Shown here piece after piece: positions 38,879-46,351 of a stretch of 64,000 nucleotides of DNA. Numbering within the stretch: position 1 is the first letter of the stretch; each line of letters starts with the position of its first letter. The stretch is from an uncultured Planctomycetia bacterium (GTDB lineage Bacteria; Omnitrophota; Gorgyraeia; 2-01-FULL-45-10), in contig CAYGRZ010000003.1 in assembly GCA_964352425.1 (NCBI GenBank), positions 21,077-85,076 on the forward strand, written 5' to 3'. The notes beneath the pieces were generated by a model. That model was not told the origin of the DNA. It searched no databases and saw only the letters and a program-made list of their open reading frames with translations. Both the position numbers and the translations under genes were made by a program.

Positions 38879-41647
38879 TTATAGTTTTATGATGCTCTTC
38901 CTTTCCTTCTGGTTCTTCAGGACGTTCCGCGTATCGACGATCAGTTTCGAATGCTCGACGATAAAATCGTAGTCGACGTCCGTGTGATCGGTCACGATGA
39001 CGACGCAGTCCGCGCCCCTGAACGTTTCTTTATCGAATTTGGCAAGGTCAAGATTGATCTCGCCTATCTTAAGATACGGGAAGAGCGCGTCGTAGTACGA
39101 GACATCGGCGCCCTTATGCATGAGGAACTCTATGATCTCAAGCGCGGGAGACTCGCGCAGGTCCTTCACGTCCTTCTTGTACGCCACGCCGACGACGAGG
39201 ACCTTCGATCCGTTCAGCGCCTTCTTATGGTTGTTCAGGCCTTCGGTCACTTTGGAGACGACATAGTGCGGCATCTCGGAGTTGACCTGGGCGGCGAGGT
39301 CGATGAACCGCGCCTCGAACCCGTACATCCTCGCCTTCCACGAAAGATAGATGGGATCGACGGGTATACAGTTATGCGTCAATACACCGTACGACGTCAC
39401 GAAGGTATTTGTGTCACGCACTTCCATCGAATAAACATTATCCGCGTTCGAACGGGATATGCTCTTTATTTTAACGGCGGCAAAATCTTTATATAGTTTG
39501 AATGACTTGTTTGAAACCACTCGTTTTTTATTCTTAAAGTAAGTCCCTATCTTTTTTGATTTCTCTCCGAGGAATACAGTTTTGAGCATTTTCAACTGCT
39601 CACTGCCGAATATATTGAGCAGATTCTTCCTTTTCTTAAGGGTCGGAACAAACCCGAGGTCCTGCAATAGCAGCAGCACTTGATTAAAGAGAATGTCGCT
39701 TGAGGTGAAATAATTTACCACTGCGGCATTGTTATTGTGGCAATACTTTTTGCCCCTCTTAAAATAAGTCCTTTGCAGGTTTGAGTAATCTACGCCTCCG
39801 TCGCCGCGCAAGATGCCCATGAGGAGATTCAGCTTCAATTCTTTCGGAAAAAGCAGAAACCTGTCCGGTATTTTCATCGCGTAGGAATTGATACCGCATT
39901 TTAAGATATCCCTTAAAAGATATCCAAAAATAGAAGATGATATCTTAATACATGCGCTTTTCCATATCTTTGATTTATATACCGAGTAAGTTATGCCTCT
40001 TTCTTTTAAGAATAAAATGACATCCGTGATATATTCCGTCTCGTTCGAATTAAACGTCAGCCTGGTTCTTATCGAACCATCCAGAGTTATACATCCTTCA
40101 CTTAAATAGTAGCCGATGAATCTGCTGAAATCTTCGTCTATCTCAATAACGGCCGGAACGCTCTGGAATGATGGGCCTCTACCTGTAACTAATAAGAGAT
40201 CTTCCCTATCAACTGCCCAGGACGTCTTCTTCTCTAGCGACAGGTAAACGCTTAATGGTAGAGAGTTGTCCCTTATGTAATCGCGCACCTTATCTTTTTC
40301 AGAAGGCTCAGTATTTTTGTATATAACATCTCTATAGGACGACCATTCAAAGTCTTTGCCTTTCAAGCGGACGCCTTTCACGAGATCGTTATCTCTTAAA
40401 AAATCTATCATATCTATCCGCAAGTCGCTCGATTTTGTCAACGATTTTGGCATGGTAAGAATTACGGGTATCTCATCGTTAATTTCAAGCTCTTCGGCGA
40501 ATTTAACCCCCATAGCGCCGTCTTTCGCGACCATCACCGGATGCTTTGGAGTAACGCAAAATTCACGCCTGTCCGCCAGCATGATATTCAACATATCGCC
40601 TTTATAAGGCCTTTCGGAAAGTATGCCTATCTCCTTAAAACAAGGCTCTGCCTTTACCACATCGTAAGAAAATATTTCTTTCGCATTAGGCCTTATAAAT
40701 GTTGTGCCTCTGAGATCGTGCATTCGGGATTGGGGGTCATCCTTAGACTCCTTAACAAAATCCGATATTTTAATAACTCGTAACTCGCTACCATCCTTCT
40801 CTTTCACGAATATTTGCTCGTCTTTACCAAGGCAGTGCCCACCTACCCCGGGCCCCGGATAGAACGGCATGAAGCCGTAGGGCTTCGTCTTGGCCGCGTC
40901 GATCACTTCCCACACGTCGATCTTGAGCCTGTCGCACATGAGCATGAGCTCGTTCACCATGCCGATATTGACGATCCTGAACGTGTTCTCGAGGAGCTTC
41001 ACCATCTCGGCGACTTTTGCCGACGAGACGGGGACTATCTTCTCAAGCGCCTGCTCGTAGAGGAGCTTCGCCAGGTCCGTAGAGTTCTTCGAAATGCCGC
41101 CGATGATCTTCGGCGTGTTCTTCGTATCATACTTCGGATTACCGGGATCGATGCGCTCGGGTGAGAAGGCAAGATAAAAATCCTTCCCTTCCTTCCAGAG
41201 GTCCTCTTCAAGGATCGGGAGCATAACCTCCTCGGTCGTTCCGGGATACGTCGTGGATTCAAGAACGATTATCTGGCCACGCTTCATGTGCCTCTTTATG
41301 TTCCTGACCGCAGAGACGATGAACGAGACATCCGGCTCTTTCGTCTTATAGAGCGGTGTCGGCACGCAGATGATCACCGCGTCGAGGTCTTTTATTACGC
41401 TGAAATCGGTCGTGACCGCGAGCGACTTGTTCTTCCTGACCAGGATGAGATCCGACTGCTGCACGTCGAGGATGTATGACTCGCCCTTCTGGATCTTTGC
41501 CACCCGGTCCTTGTCGATGTCTATTCCGTGTACCTTAAACCCGCACTTCGCGAATGTCACGGCAAGCGGTAGCCCCACATAGCCGAGGCCGATGATGCCG
41601 ATCTTCGCCTTCTTGCTTGAAATCTTCTTCTTCAGTTCATTTAACAT
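38879..41647 (-). CDS. UDP-N-acetyl-D-hexosamine (ManNAc/GlcNAc) 6-dehydrogenase, WecC/WbpA/Cap5O family, with an intein inserted at the catalytic Cys
   Basis: 922 aa. The N-extein (1-271) has the NAD-binding KIGIIGLGYVGLPLAV motif and ends ...GPGVGGH. The C-extein (760-922) starts CIPVDPIYLSW. Joined, these give the family signature GVGGHCIPVDP. Combined extein length is 434 aa. Confidence 0.8.
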   Translation of the reverse strand: MLNELKKKISSKKAKIGIIGLGYVGLPLAVTFAKCGFKVHGIDIDKDRVAKIQKGESYILDVQQSDLILVRKNKSLAVTTDFSVIKDLDAVIICVPTPLYKTKEPDVSFIVSAVRNIKRHMKRGQIIVLESTTYPGTTEEVMLPILEEDLWKEGKDFYLAFSPERIDPGNPKYDTKNTPKIIGGISKNSTDLAKLLYEQALEKIVPVSSAKVAEMVKLLENTFRIVNIGMVNELMLMCDRLKIDVWEVIDAAKTKPYGFMPFYPGPGVGGHCLGKDEQIFVKEKDGSELRVIKISDFVKESKDDPQSRMHDLRGTTFIRPNAKEIFSYDVVKAEPCFKEIGILSERPYKGDMLNIMLADRREFCVTPKHPVMVAKDGAMGVKFAEELEINDEIPVILTMPKSLTKSSDLRIDMIDFLRDNDLVKGVRLKGKDFEWSSYRDVIYKNTEPSEKDKVRDYIRDNSLPLSVYLSLEKKTSWAVDREDLLLVTGRGPSFQSVPAVIEIDEDFSRFIGYYLSEGCITLDGSIRTRLTFNSNETEYITDVILFLKERGITYSVYKSKIWKSACIKISSSIFGYLLRDILKCGINSYAMKIPDRFLLFPKELKLNLLMGILRGDGGVDYSNLQRTYFKRGKKYCHNNNAAVVNYFTSSDILFNQVLLLLQDLGFVPTLKKRKNLLNIFGSEQLKMLKTVFLGEKSKKIGTYFKNKKRVVSNKSFKLYKDFAAVKIKSISRSNADNVYSMEVRDTNTFVTSYGVLTHNCIPVDPIYLSWKARMYGFEARFIDLAAQVNSEMPHYVVSKVTEGLNNHKKALNGSKVLVVGVAYKKDVKDLRESPALEIIEFLMHKGADVSYYDALFPYLKIGEINLDLAKFDKETFRGADCVVIVTDHTDVDYDFIVEHSKLIVDTRNVLKNQKERKSIIKL
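39371..40834 (-). mobile_element. Intein (488 aa) with LAGLIDADG homing-endonuclease domain
   Basis: It begins with Cys (CLGKDEQIFVKEKDGSELRVI, block A) and has block B TPKHPV. It carries two LAGLIDADG-like motifs (FIGYYLSEGC and LLMGILRGDGG). It ends ...YGVLTHN (blocks F/G) and is followed by the +1 Cys of the extein. Confidence 0.7.
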
Positions 41648-41677
41648 ATAATCCCTCTTAAGATTGCTTCGTCAGCA

Positions 41678-41760
41678 TAGAAGCCAACTACGGCTTCCTC
41701 GCAATGACGGTTATTTTAAATAGAAGCCGGTAACAGCTTCCCCGCAATGACGGTTATTTC
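41678..41760 (-). repeat. Tandem duplication of a 40-nt element (hairpin plus conserved 20-mer) overlapping the rmlD stop
   Basis: Copy 1 (41678..41717) is tagaagccaactacggcttcctcgcaatgacggttatttt. Copy 2 (41721..41760) is tagaagccggtaacagcttccccgcaatgacggttatttc. Each has a gaagc/gcttc stem with a variable loop. Confidence 0.6.
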
Positions 41761-42701
41761 GACAAATATTCCTTGAGCGCCGCCTTCCAGCCGCGCATCC
41801 GGTATCCGGTAAATTTCCTGAACTTCGCGTTATCCATGACCGACATCGCCGGCCGCTTCGCGGGCCTCTTCAACTCCGACGACGTGATCGGCGCGACCTT
41901 CGCCTTCGACTTCACTATCTTCAGGATCTGCCTGGCATACTCGAACCACGATACTTTCCCGGAGTTTGATACATGATAAATCCCATAGCCCTTAGCCCTA
42001 AGCTCTTGGCCCTCAGCCCTTAGCCCTTCGCCCTTCGCCCTCAGCCCTTCGCCCTTAGCTATCTTATTGAGCAACGCATGGATCGCCTTCGCCAGATCCT
42101 TCGTATACGTCGGCGAACCGACCTGGTCGTCGACGACCTTCAGCGCCTTCCCGGCCTTCGCCCTGGCCGTGATCGTATCTACAAAATTCTTGCCGCGCTT
42201 GCCGTAGAGCCAGCTTGTGCGCAGGATATAATATTTTTCGAGCGTCTCCTGGACGGCCCTCTCGCCCTTCAGCTTCGAATCGCCATATATGCCCAGCGGC
42301 GCGACCGCGTCGGTCTCTCGATATGGCTTCTTCTTCCTGCCATCGAATACAAAATCGGTGCTGATGTAAATGAGCGCTGCATGGGCATTCTTACATGCAA
42401 GAGCAACGCTCCTCGTCCCCTCGCTATTTACCGCATAAGCCTTGTCAGGATCGAGCTCGCACCCGTCGACATCGGTCCACGCGGCCGCATGCACGACAAG
42501 ATCCGGCCTCGCCTCTTCGATCATATCCGCAACTGCCTTGCCGTCAGTGATATTGCCTTTATAAAACTTGTGTACACTTGACAGCGGGCTGCGGATCACA
42601 TCCAGCCCTGCGAGATCATAGTCAGCGGCGAGTTCACGAGAAAGATCTATCCCGAGCATCCCGCTCGAGCCCGTTATCAATACTTTATATCTTGTCGGCA
42701 T
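41754..42701 (-). CDS. rmlD: dTDP-4-dehydrorhamnose reductase (RmlD) with an internal 3x7-aa repeat insertion
   Basis: YKVLITGSSGMLG, ...HAAAWTDVDGCE and YGDSKLKGE match RmlD. I placed the start at ATG 42699..42701 (MPTRYKVL). The track ORF starts at GTG 42743. The sequence KGEGLRAKGEGLRAEGQELRA is inserted near the C-terminus. Confidence 0.75.
   Translation of the reverse strand: MPTRYKVLITGSSGMLGIDLSRELAADYDLAGLDVIRSPLSSVHKFYKGNITDGKAVADMIEEARPDLVVHAAAWTDVDGCELDPDKAYAVNSEGTRSVALACKNAHAALIYISTDFVFDGRKKKPYRETDAVAPLGIYGDSKLKGERAVQETLEKYYILRTSWLYGKRGKNFVDTITARAKAGKALKVVDDQVGSPTYTKDLAKAIHALLNKIAKGEGLRAKGEGLRAEGQELRAKGYGIYHVSNSGKVSWFEYARQILKIVKSKAKVAPITSSELKRPAKRPAMSVMDNAKFRKFTGYRMRGWKAALKEYLSK
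41986..42060 (-). repeat. In-frame tandem 21-nt repeat (gcccttRgccctYagcYctt-like units) inside rmlD
   Basis: The DNA tagcccttagccctaagctcttggccctcagcccttagcccttcgcccttcgccctcagcccttcgcccttagc encodes KGEGLRA three times on the minus strand. Confidence 0.6.
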
Positions 42702-43657
42702 ACAAGCAACCGGTCCCACCACGCCTTGTTGGACTGATACCACTCAACAGTGAGTTCGAGCGCCGTCCTAAATTCATGCCGCGGCTTCCAGCCCAGAGCG
42801 GAAAGCTTCGATATGTCGAGGGCGTAACGCTTGTCGTGGCCGGGCCTGTCTTTGACATATTCGATGGAGCTTTCGTCCTTGCCGAGGATCTTCAGGAGCG
42901 TATGCGTGAGCTCCATATTCGTGATCTCGCTTCCCGCCCCGATATTGTATATCTCGCCTGCCTTGCCTTTATGCATCACTACGTCGATGGCCTCGCAGTT
43001 ATCGGCCACAAAGAGCCAGTCGCGCACGTTCATTCCGTCGGCATAGAGCGGCACCTTCTTGCCGACCATCAGGTTCGTTATAAAGAGAGGTATAACCTTT
43101 TCCGGGTACTGGTAGGGCCCGAAATTGTTTGAACTGCGGGTTATGATGACCGGTAATTTGAAGGTGACAAAATAGGATCTGGCCAGAAGATCCGCGCCCG
43201 CCTTAGTGGCAGAATATGGGCTGTTGGGTTCAAGCGGATCGCCCTCTTTTGAATAGCCCCGAGCGATGCTGCCGTAGCACTCATCCGTTGAGATTTGTAT
43301 GACCAGCTCGATGCCGGACTTCTTAGCCGCCTCTAAAAGCGTGTAGGTCCCAAAGACGTTCGTCCTGACGAATTCGGACGCGTCCTGTATGGACCTGTCC
43401 ACATGCGATTCGGCCGCGAAGTTGATGATTGAGTCGCAGCCCTTGACAAGCTTCTCGACCGTCTGCTTGTCGGTGATGTCGCCTTTGACGAACCGGTACT
43501 GCCTGTTCTTCTCGACGTCACGCAGGTTCTCCAGATTGCCGCAATAGGTGAGCTTGTCGAGGTTCGTGACGTGATAGTCGGGATATTTTCCGAGGATGTG
43601 CCGGATGAAATTTGACCCTATGAAACCGGCGCCGCCGGTGACGAGAAGTGTCTTCAT
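42677..43657 (-). CDS. rmlB: dTDP-glucose 4,6-dehydratase (RmlB)
   Basis: 326 aa. [22 protein letters not shown], ...ISTDECYG and YSATKAGADLLARSY are all canonical for RmlB. Confidence 0.85.
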   Translation of the reverse strand: MKTLLVTGGAGFIGSNFIRHILGKYPDYHVTNLDKLTYCGNLENLRDVEKNRQYRFVKGDITDKQTVEKLVKGCDSIINFAAESHVDRSIQDASEFVRTNVFGTYTLLEAAKKSGIELVIQISTDECYGSIARGYSKEGDPLEPNSPYSATKAGADLLARSYFVTFKLPVIITRSSNNFGPYQYPEKVIPLFITNLMVGKKVPLYADGMNVRDWLFVADNCEAIDVVMHKGKAGEIYNIGAGSEITNMELTHTLLKILGKDESSIEYVKDRPGHDKRYALDISKLSALGWKPRHEFRTALELTVEWYQSNKAWWDRLLVCRQDIKY

Positions 43658-43658
43658 T

Positions 43659-44399
43659 TTACAGTACGCATTTCTGCGCGGGCCGTTTCGCGACGAGGTT
43701 ATTCGCCTTTAAGAGCGATTCGAACGTCCCGGCGTCGGTCCACCAGCCGTCGAGGACGCTGTATTCGAGCTCACCCCGCTTCAGGTACGCGGAATTAACA
43801 TCCGTTATCTCGAGCTCTCCGCGGTGCGAGGGTTTGAGCGTCTTTATGATATCGAAGACCTTGTTATCGTACATATAGATGCCGGTCACGGCGTATTTCG
43901 ATTTCGGCCGCTTCGGCTTCTCTTCGATCGAAGAAAGCTCCTTGCCCTTGAAGCCCACGACGCCGAACCGTTCCGGGTCCGGGACTTTCTTTATAAGGAT
44001 CCTCGCGCCCTTCTTCTGCGCCCTGAAGGCGTCGACGTGTTTTGCGATTGTTTTTTCGATGATGTTGTCGCCGAGCATGACGACGATCCTGTCATTGTCC
44101 GCGAAATGGCGCGCCAGCCCGAGGGCCTGCGCGATGCCGCCCTCGCCTTCCTGGTAGGTGTAATTGATATGCATCAGGCCGAATTCTTTACCGTCGCCCA
44201 GCAGGCGCAGGAACTCGCCGGCATGCATACCGCCGGTCACGATAAGGATGTCCTTTATCCCGGCGTCGACCAGCGTCTGGATCGGGTAATAGATCATCGG
44301 CTTATTAAAAACTGGCAATAGATGTTTGTTGCTTATTTTTGTAAGCGGAGCCAACCTCGTCCCCAGGCCGCCGGCAAGAATGACGCCTTTCAGTCCCAT
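43659..44399 (-). CDS. rmlA: Glucose-1-phosphate thymidylyltransferase-like sugar nucleotidyltransferase (RmlA, short form)
   Basis: 246 aa. MGLKGVILAGGLGTRLAPLTKISNKHLLPVFNKPMIYYPI is a canonical RmlA N-terminus. Confidence 0.7.
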   Translation of the reverse strand: MGLKGVILAGGLGTRLAPLTKISNKHLLPVFNKPMIYYPIQTLVDAGIKDILIVTGGMHAGEFLRLLGDGKEFGLMHINYTYQEGEGGIAQALGLARHFADNDRIVVMLGDNIIEKTIAKHVDAFRAQKKGARILIKKVPDPERFGVVGFKGKELSSIEEKPKRPKSKYAVTGIYMYDNKVFDIIKTLKPSHRGELEITDVNSAYLKRGELEYSVLDGWWTDAGTFESLLKANNLVAKRPAQKCVL

Positions 44400-44402
44400 G
44401 TG

Positions 44403-44497
44403 CTATTTCCTCCAGTCATAAAATAGGGGACAGCGCCCTATTTTCCAGTCCTATTTAGAGAAAATAGGGCGCTGTCCCCTATTTTCCCCAGTCATAG
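44403..44497. repeat. Perfect 25-bp palindrome with 16-nt spacer, flanked by 9-bp direct repeats (MITE/REP-like or operator array)
   Basis: Arms at 44420..44444 (aaaataggggacagcgccctatttt) and 44461..44485 (exact reverse complement). Direct repeat ccagtcata at 44412..44420 and 44489..44497. The motif ctattttcc(cc)agtc recurs three times. Confidence 0.7.
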
Positions 44498-44925
44498 GGT
44501 ATATCGTTATCATACGCGTCGACCCTGTATTCGTCAGGAACTTTAGCATTATACGGGACCGTCACCGTATTGATAACGACCGCCTCGGTGGAGCTGGCAC
44601 ACTTGAAACCGTGGTAGACCAGCTTCGGTATGTGGATGAGCATCGGGTCATCCGGGCTTACGACGAATTCGTTCACCTCGCCGAACGTCGGCGAGCCCGG
44701 TCTGGCGTCGTAGAGGGCGAGCTTCATCCGCCCCGATATGCAGGTAAAATTATCGTCCTGCTTCTTGTGGAAATGCCAGGCCTTGACCACGCCGGGCAGC
44801 GCCGTCGTCATATAGACCTGGCCGAACTTCTCGAACATCTCGTCGTCGCAGCGCAGGATCTCCATCAGGCGCCCGCGGTCGTCCGGAACAACTTTAAGCT
44901 TTTTGACCTTCACACCTTCTATCAT
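44479..44925 (-). CDS. rmlC: Cupin-fold dTDP-sugar epimerase/isomerase (RmlC / FdtA-like)
   Basis: 148 aa small cupin with an HFH motif (VKAWHFHKKQDDNF). It is in operon context with rmlA, rmlB and rmlD. Shorter than typical RmlC. Confidence 0.5.
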   Translation of the reverse strand: MIEGVKVKKLKVVPDDRGRLMEILRCDDEMFEKFGQVYMTTALPGVVKAWHFHKKQDDNFTCISGRMKLALYDARPGSPTFGEVNEFVVSPDDPMLIHIPKLVYHGFKCASSTEAVVINTVTVPYNAKVPDEYRVDAYDNDIPYDWGK

Positions 44926-44941
44926 AACTCCCAGCTCCTGA

Positions 44942-46237
44942 TTACCTGCGCCCCATCCCCTCGTAGGTAAATCCGAGCGCCTTAACTTCGTCAGGGTCGT
45001 AAATATTCCTGCCGTCGACTATCACCGGCTGCCGCATCAGCTTCTTGACTTTCTTAAGATCCAGCTCCTTGAACTCGCTCCACTCGGTGGCGATGACGAG
45101 GCAATCGCAGCCCCGGGCCGTATCATACACATCCTTGCAGAATTTCACACCGCTCTTCAGTATAACCTTTGCCTTGTTCATCGCGACGGGATCATACACC
45201 TTCACCCTGACGCCCTGCTCCCGGAGCACTTCGATCACATCGAGGGCGGGCGCATAACGAAGATCGTCGGTGTTCGGCTTGAACGCCAGCCCGAGCACGC
45301 CAACGGTCTTGCCGGACAGGTTCCATATCGCATTCTCGACCTTCTTTATCAGCGCGAGCTTCTGGCCGTCGTTTATCTTCTGCACTTCCTTCAGGAGGGC
45401 GAAGTCGTAGCCTGCCTTCTCGGCTATCCTGATGAACGCCGCAAGATCCTTCGGGAAGCAGAACCCGCCGAAACCGAGGCCGGCGTTCAGGAACTTGTCG
45501 CCGATCCTCTTGTCGAGCCCGATGCCCTTCGCGACCTCGACGACGTCGGCACTCAGCTTATCGCAGACGTTCGCGATCGCATTGATGAATGATACCTTCA
45601 TGGCGAGGAACGAATTGGCGGCGTGCTTGATGAGCTCGGCAGATTTTATATCGGTCACCACGATCTCGGCCTTGAGCGGCCTGTATATCTCGGAGAGGAT
45701 CTCGGCGGCCTTCCTGGACTTAACGCCCAGGACGATCCTGTCCGGGTTCATAAAATCCTCTATGGCGGAACCTTCTCTTAAGAATTCCGGGTTGGACGCG
45801 ACGTCGAACTTCACGCCGCGCTTACTGAACGTCTTGATCGTATGCTCGACCCATTCGCCGGTATTGACGGGTACGGTCGATTTTTCCACGACCACCTTGT
45901 ATGACTGCATGGATCCGGCGATCTCTTTGCAGACGCCCTCGACGAAGCTCAAGTCAGCCTCGCCGTTGTCCTTCGGAGGCGTCCCGACCGCTATGAATAT
46001 GACGTCGGACTTTACAACACCGTCCTTCACGTGCAGAGCGAAAGAGAGCCTGCCCTTCTTGACGTTCCGTTTCACGAGCTCAGCAAGGCCCGGCTCGTAA
46101 ATGGGCATGACGCCGCCTTTAAGCTTCCTGATCTTTGACAGATCGTTATCGACACAGATGACCTTGTTGCCGAGCTCGGCAAAACAGGCCCCGGTCACCA
46201 GCCCTACGTATCCCGCACCGACCATGCATATATTCAT
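44942..46237 (-). CDS. ugd: UDP-glucose 6-dehydrogenase
   Basis: 431 aa. MNICMVGAGYVGLVTGACFAELGNKVICVDND and the catalytic-Cys motif GLGFGGFCFPKD. Confidence 0.85.
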   Translation of the reverse strand: MNICMVGAGYVGLVTGACFAELGNKVICVDNDLSKIRKLKGGVMPIYEPGLAELVKRNVKKGRLSFALHVKDGVVKSDVIFIAVGTPPKDNGEADLSFVEGVCKEIAGSMQSYKVVVEKSTVPVNTGEWVEHTIKTFSKRGVKFDVASNPEFLREGSAIEDFMNPDRIVLGVKSRKAAEILSEIYRPLKAEIVVTDIKSAELIKHAANSFLAMKVSFINAIANVCDKLSADVVEVAKGIGLDKRIGDKFLNAGLGFGGFCFPKDLAAFIRIAEKAGYDFALLKEVQKINDGQKLALIKKVENAIWNLSGKTVGVLGLAFKPNTDDLRYAPALDVIEVLREQGVRVKVYDPVAMNKAKVILKSGVKFCKDVYDTARGCDCLVIATEWSEFKELDLKKVKKLMRQPVIVDGRNIYDPDEVKALGFTYEGMGRR

Positions 46238-46265
46238 TTATCCGTCCTCTTCTATAATTGAGAAA

Positions 46266-46295
46266 ATTATATCATGATAGTAATAATCGGCACAA
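46266..46295 (-). promoter_or_regulatory. Candidate sigma70-type promoter for the ugd-led operon
   Basis: On the minus strand: ttgtgc, an 18-nt spacer, then tataat, about 30 nt upstream of the ugd ATG. An RBS-like agaggacgg is adjacent. Confidence 0.3.
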
Positions 46296-46296
46296 G

Positions 46297-46346
46297 GGAA
46301 AAATGAGGGTTGTGAGACCCGCTGGCGCACCTGCTGCGGGCGGGTG
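46297..46346 (-). terminator. Candidate intrinsic terminator downstream of lptD
   Basis: GC-rich stem acccgc...gcgggt (46317..46346) followed on the minus strand by tcacaaccctcatttttccc. Confidence 0.35.
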
Positions 46347-46351
46347 AAGTG

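Noticed and set aside
38879-41647. Alternative reading of the 922-aa protein as a simple fusion of a dehydrogenase with an extra enzymatic domain
   Set aside because: The extra 488 aa are inserted between GVGGH and CIPVDP, splitting a contiguous catalytic motif. They carry canonical intein terminal residues (Cys1, His-Asn C-terminus, +1 Cys) and LAGLIDADG motifs. A domain insertion would not be expected to recreate these splice junctions.
41986-42060. Short tandem repeats considered as a possible CRISPR array or non-coding microsatellite
   Set aside because: The units are only about 7-21 nt with no spacers. They lie inside the rmlD reading frame and translate in-frame into a heptad peptide repeat, so this is a coding repeat and not CRISPR.
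1-46237. Possibility that the locus is a RiPP or secondary-metabolite cluster because of B12-rSAM + methyltransferase genes
   Set aside because: I found no precursor-peptide-like small ORFs, PKS/NRPS, or peptide-maturation proteases or transporters. The context is overwhelmingly nucleotide-sugar and glycan assembly (Wzx, Wzy, GTs, rml, ugd, DegT).
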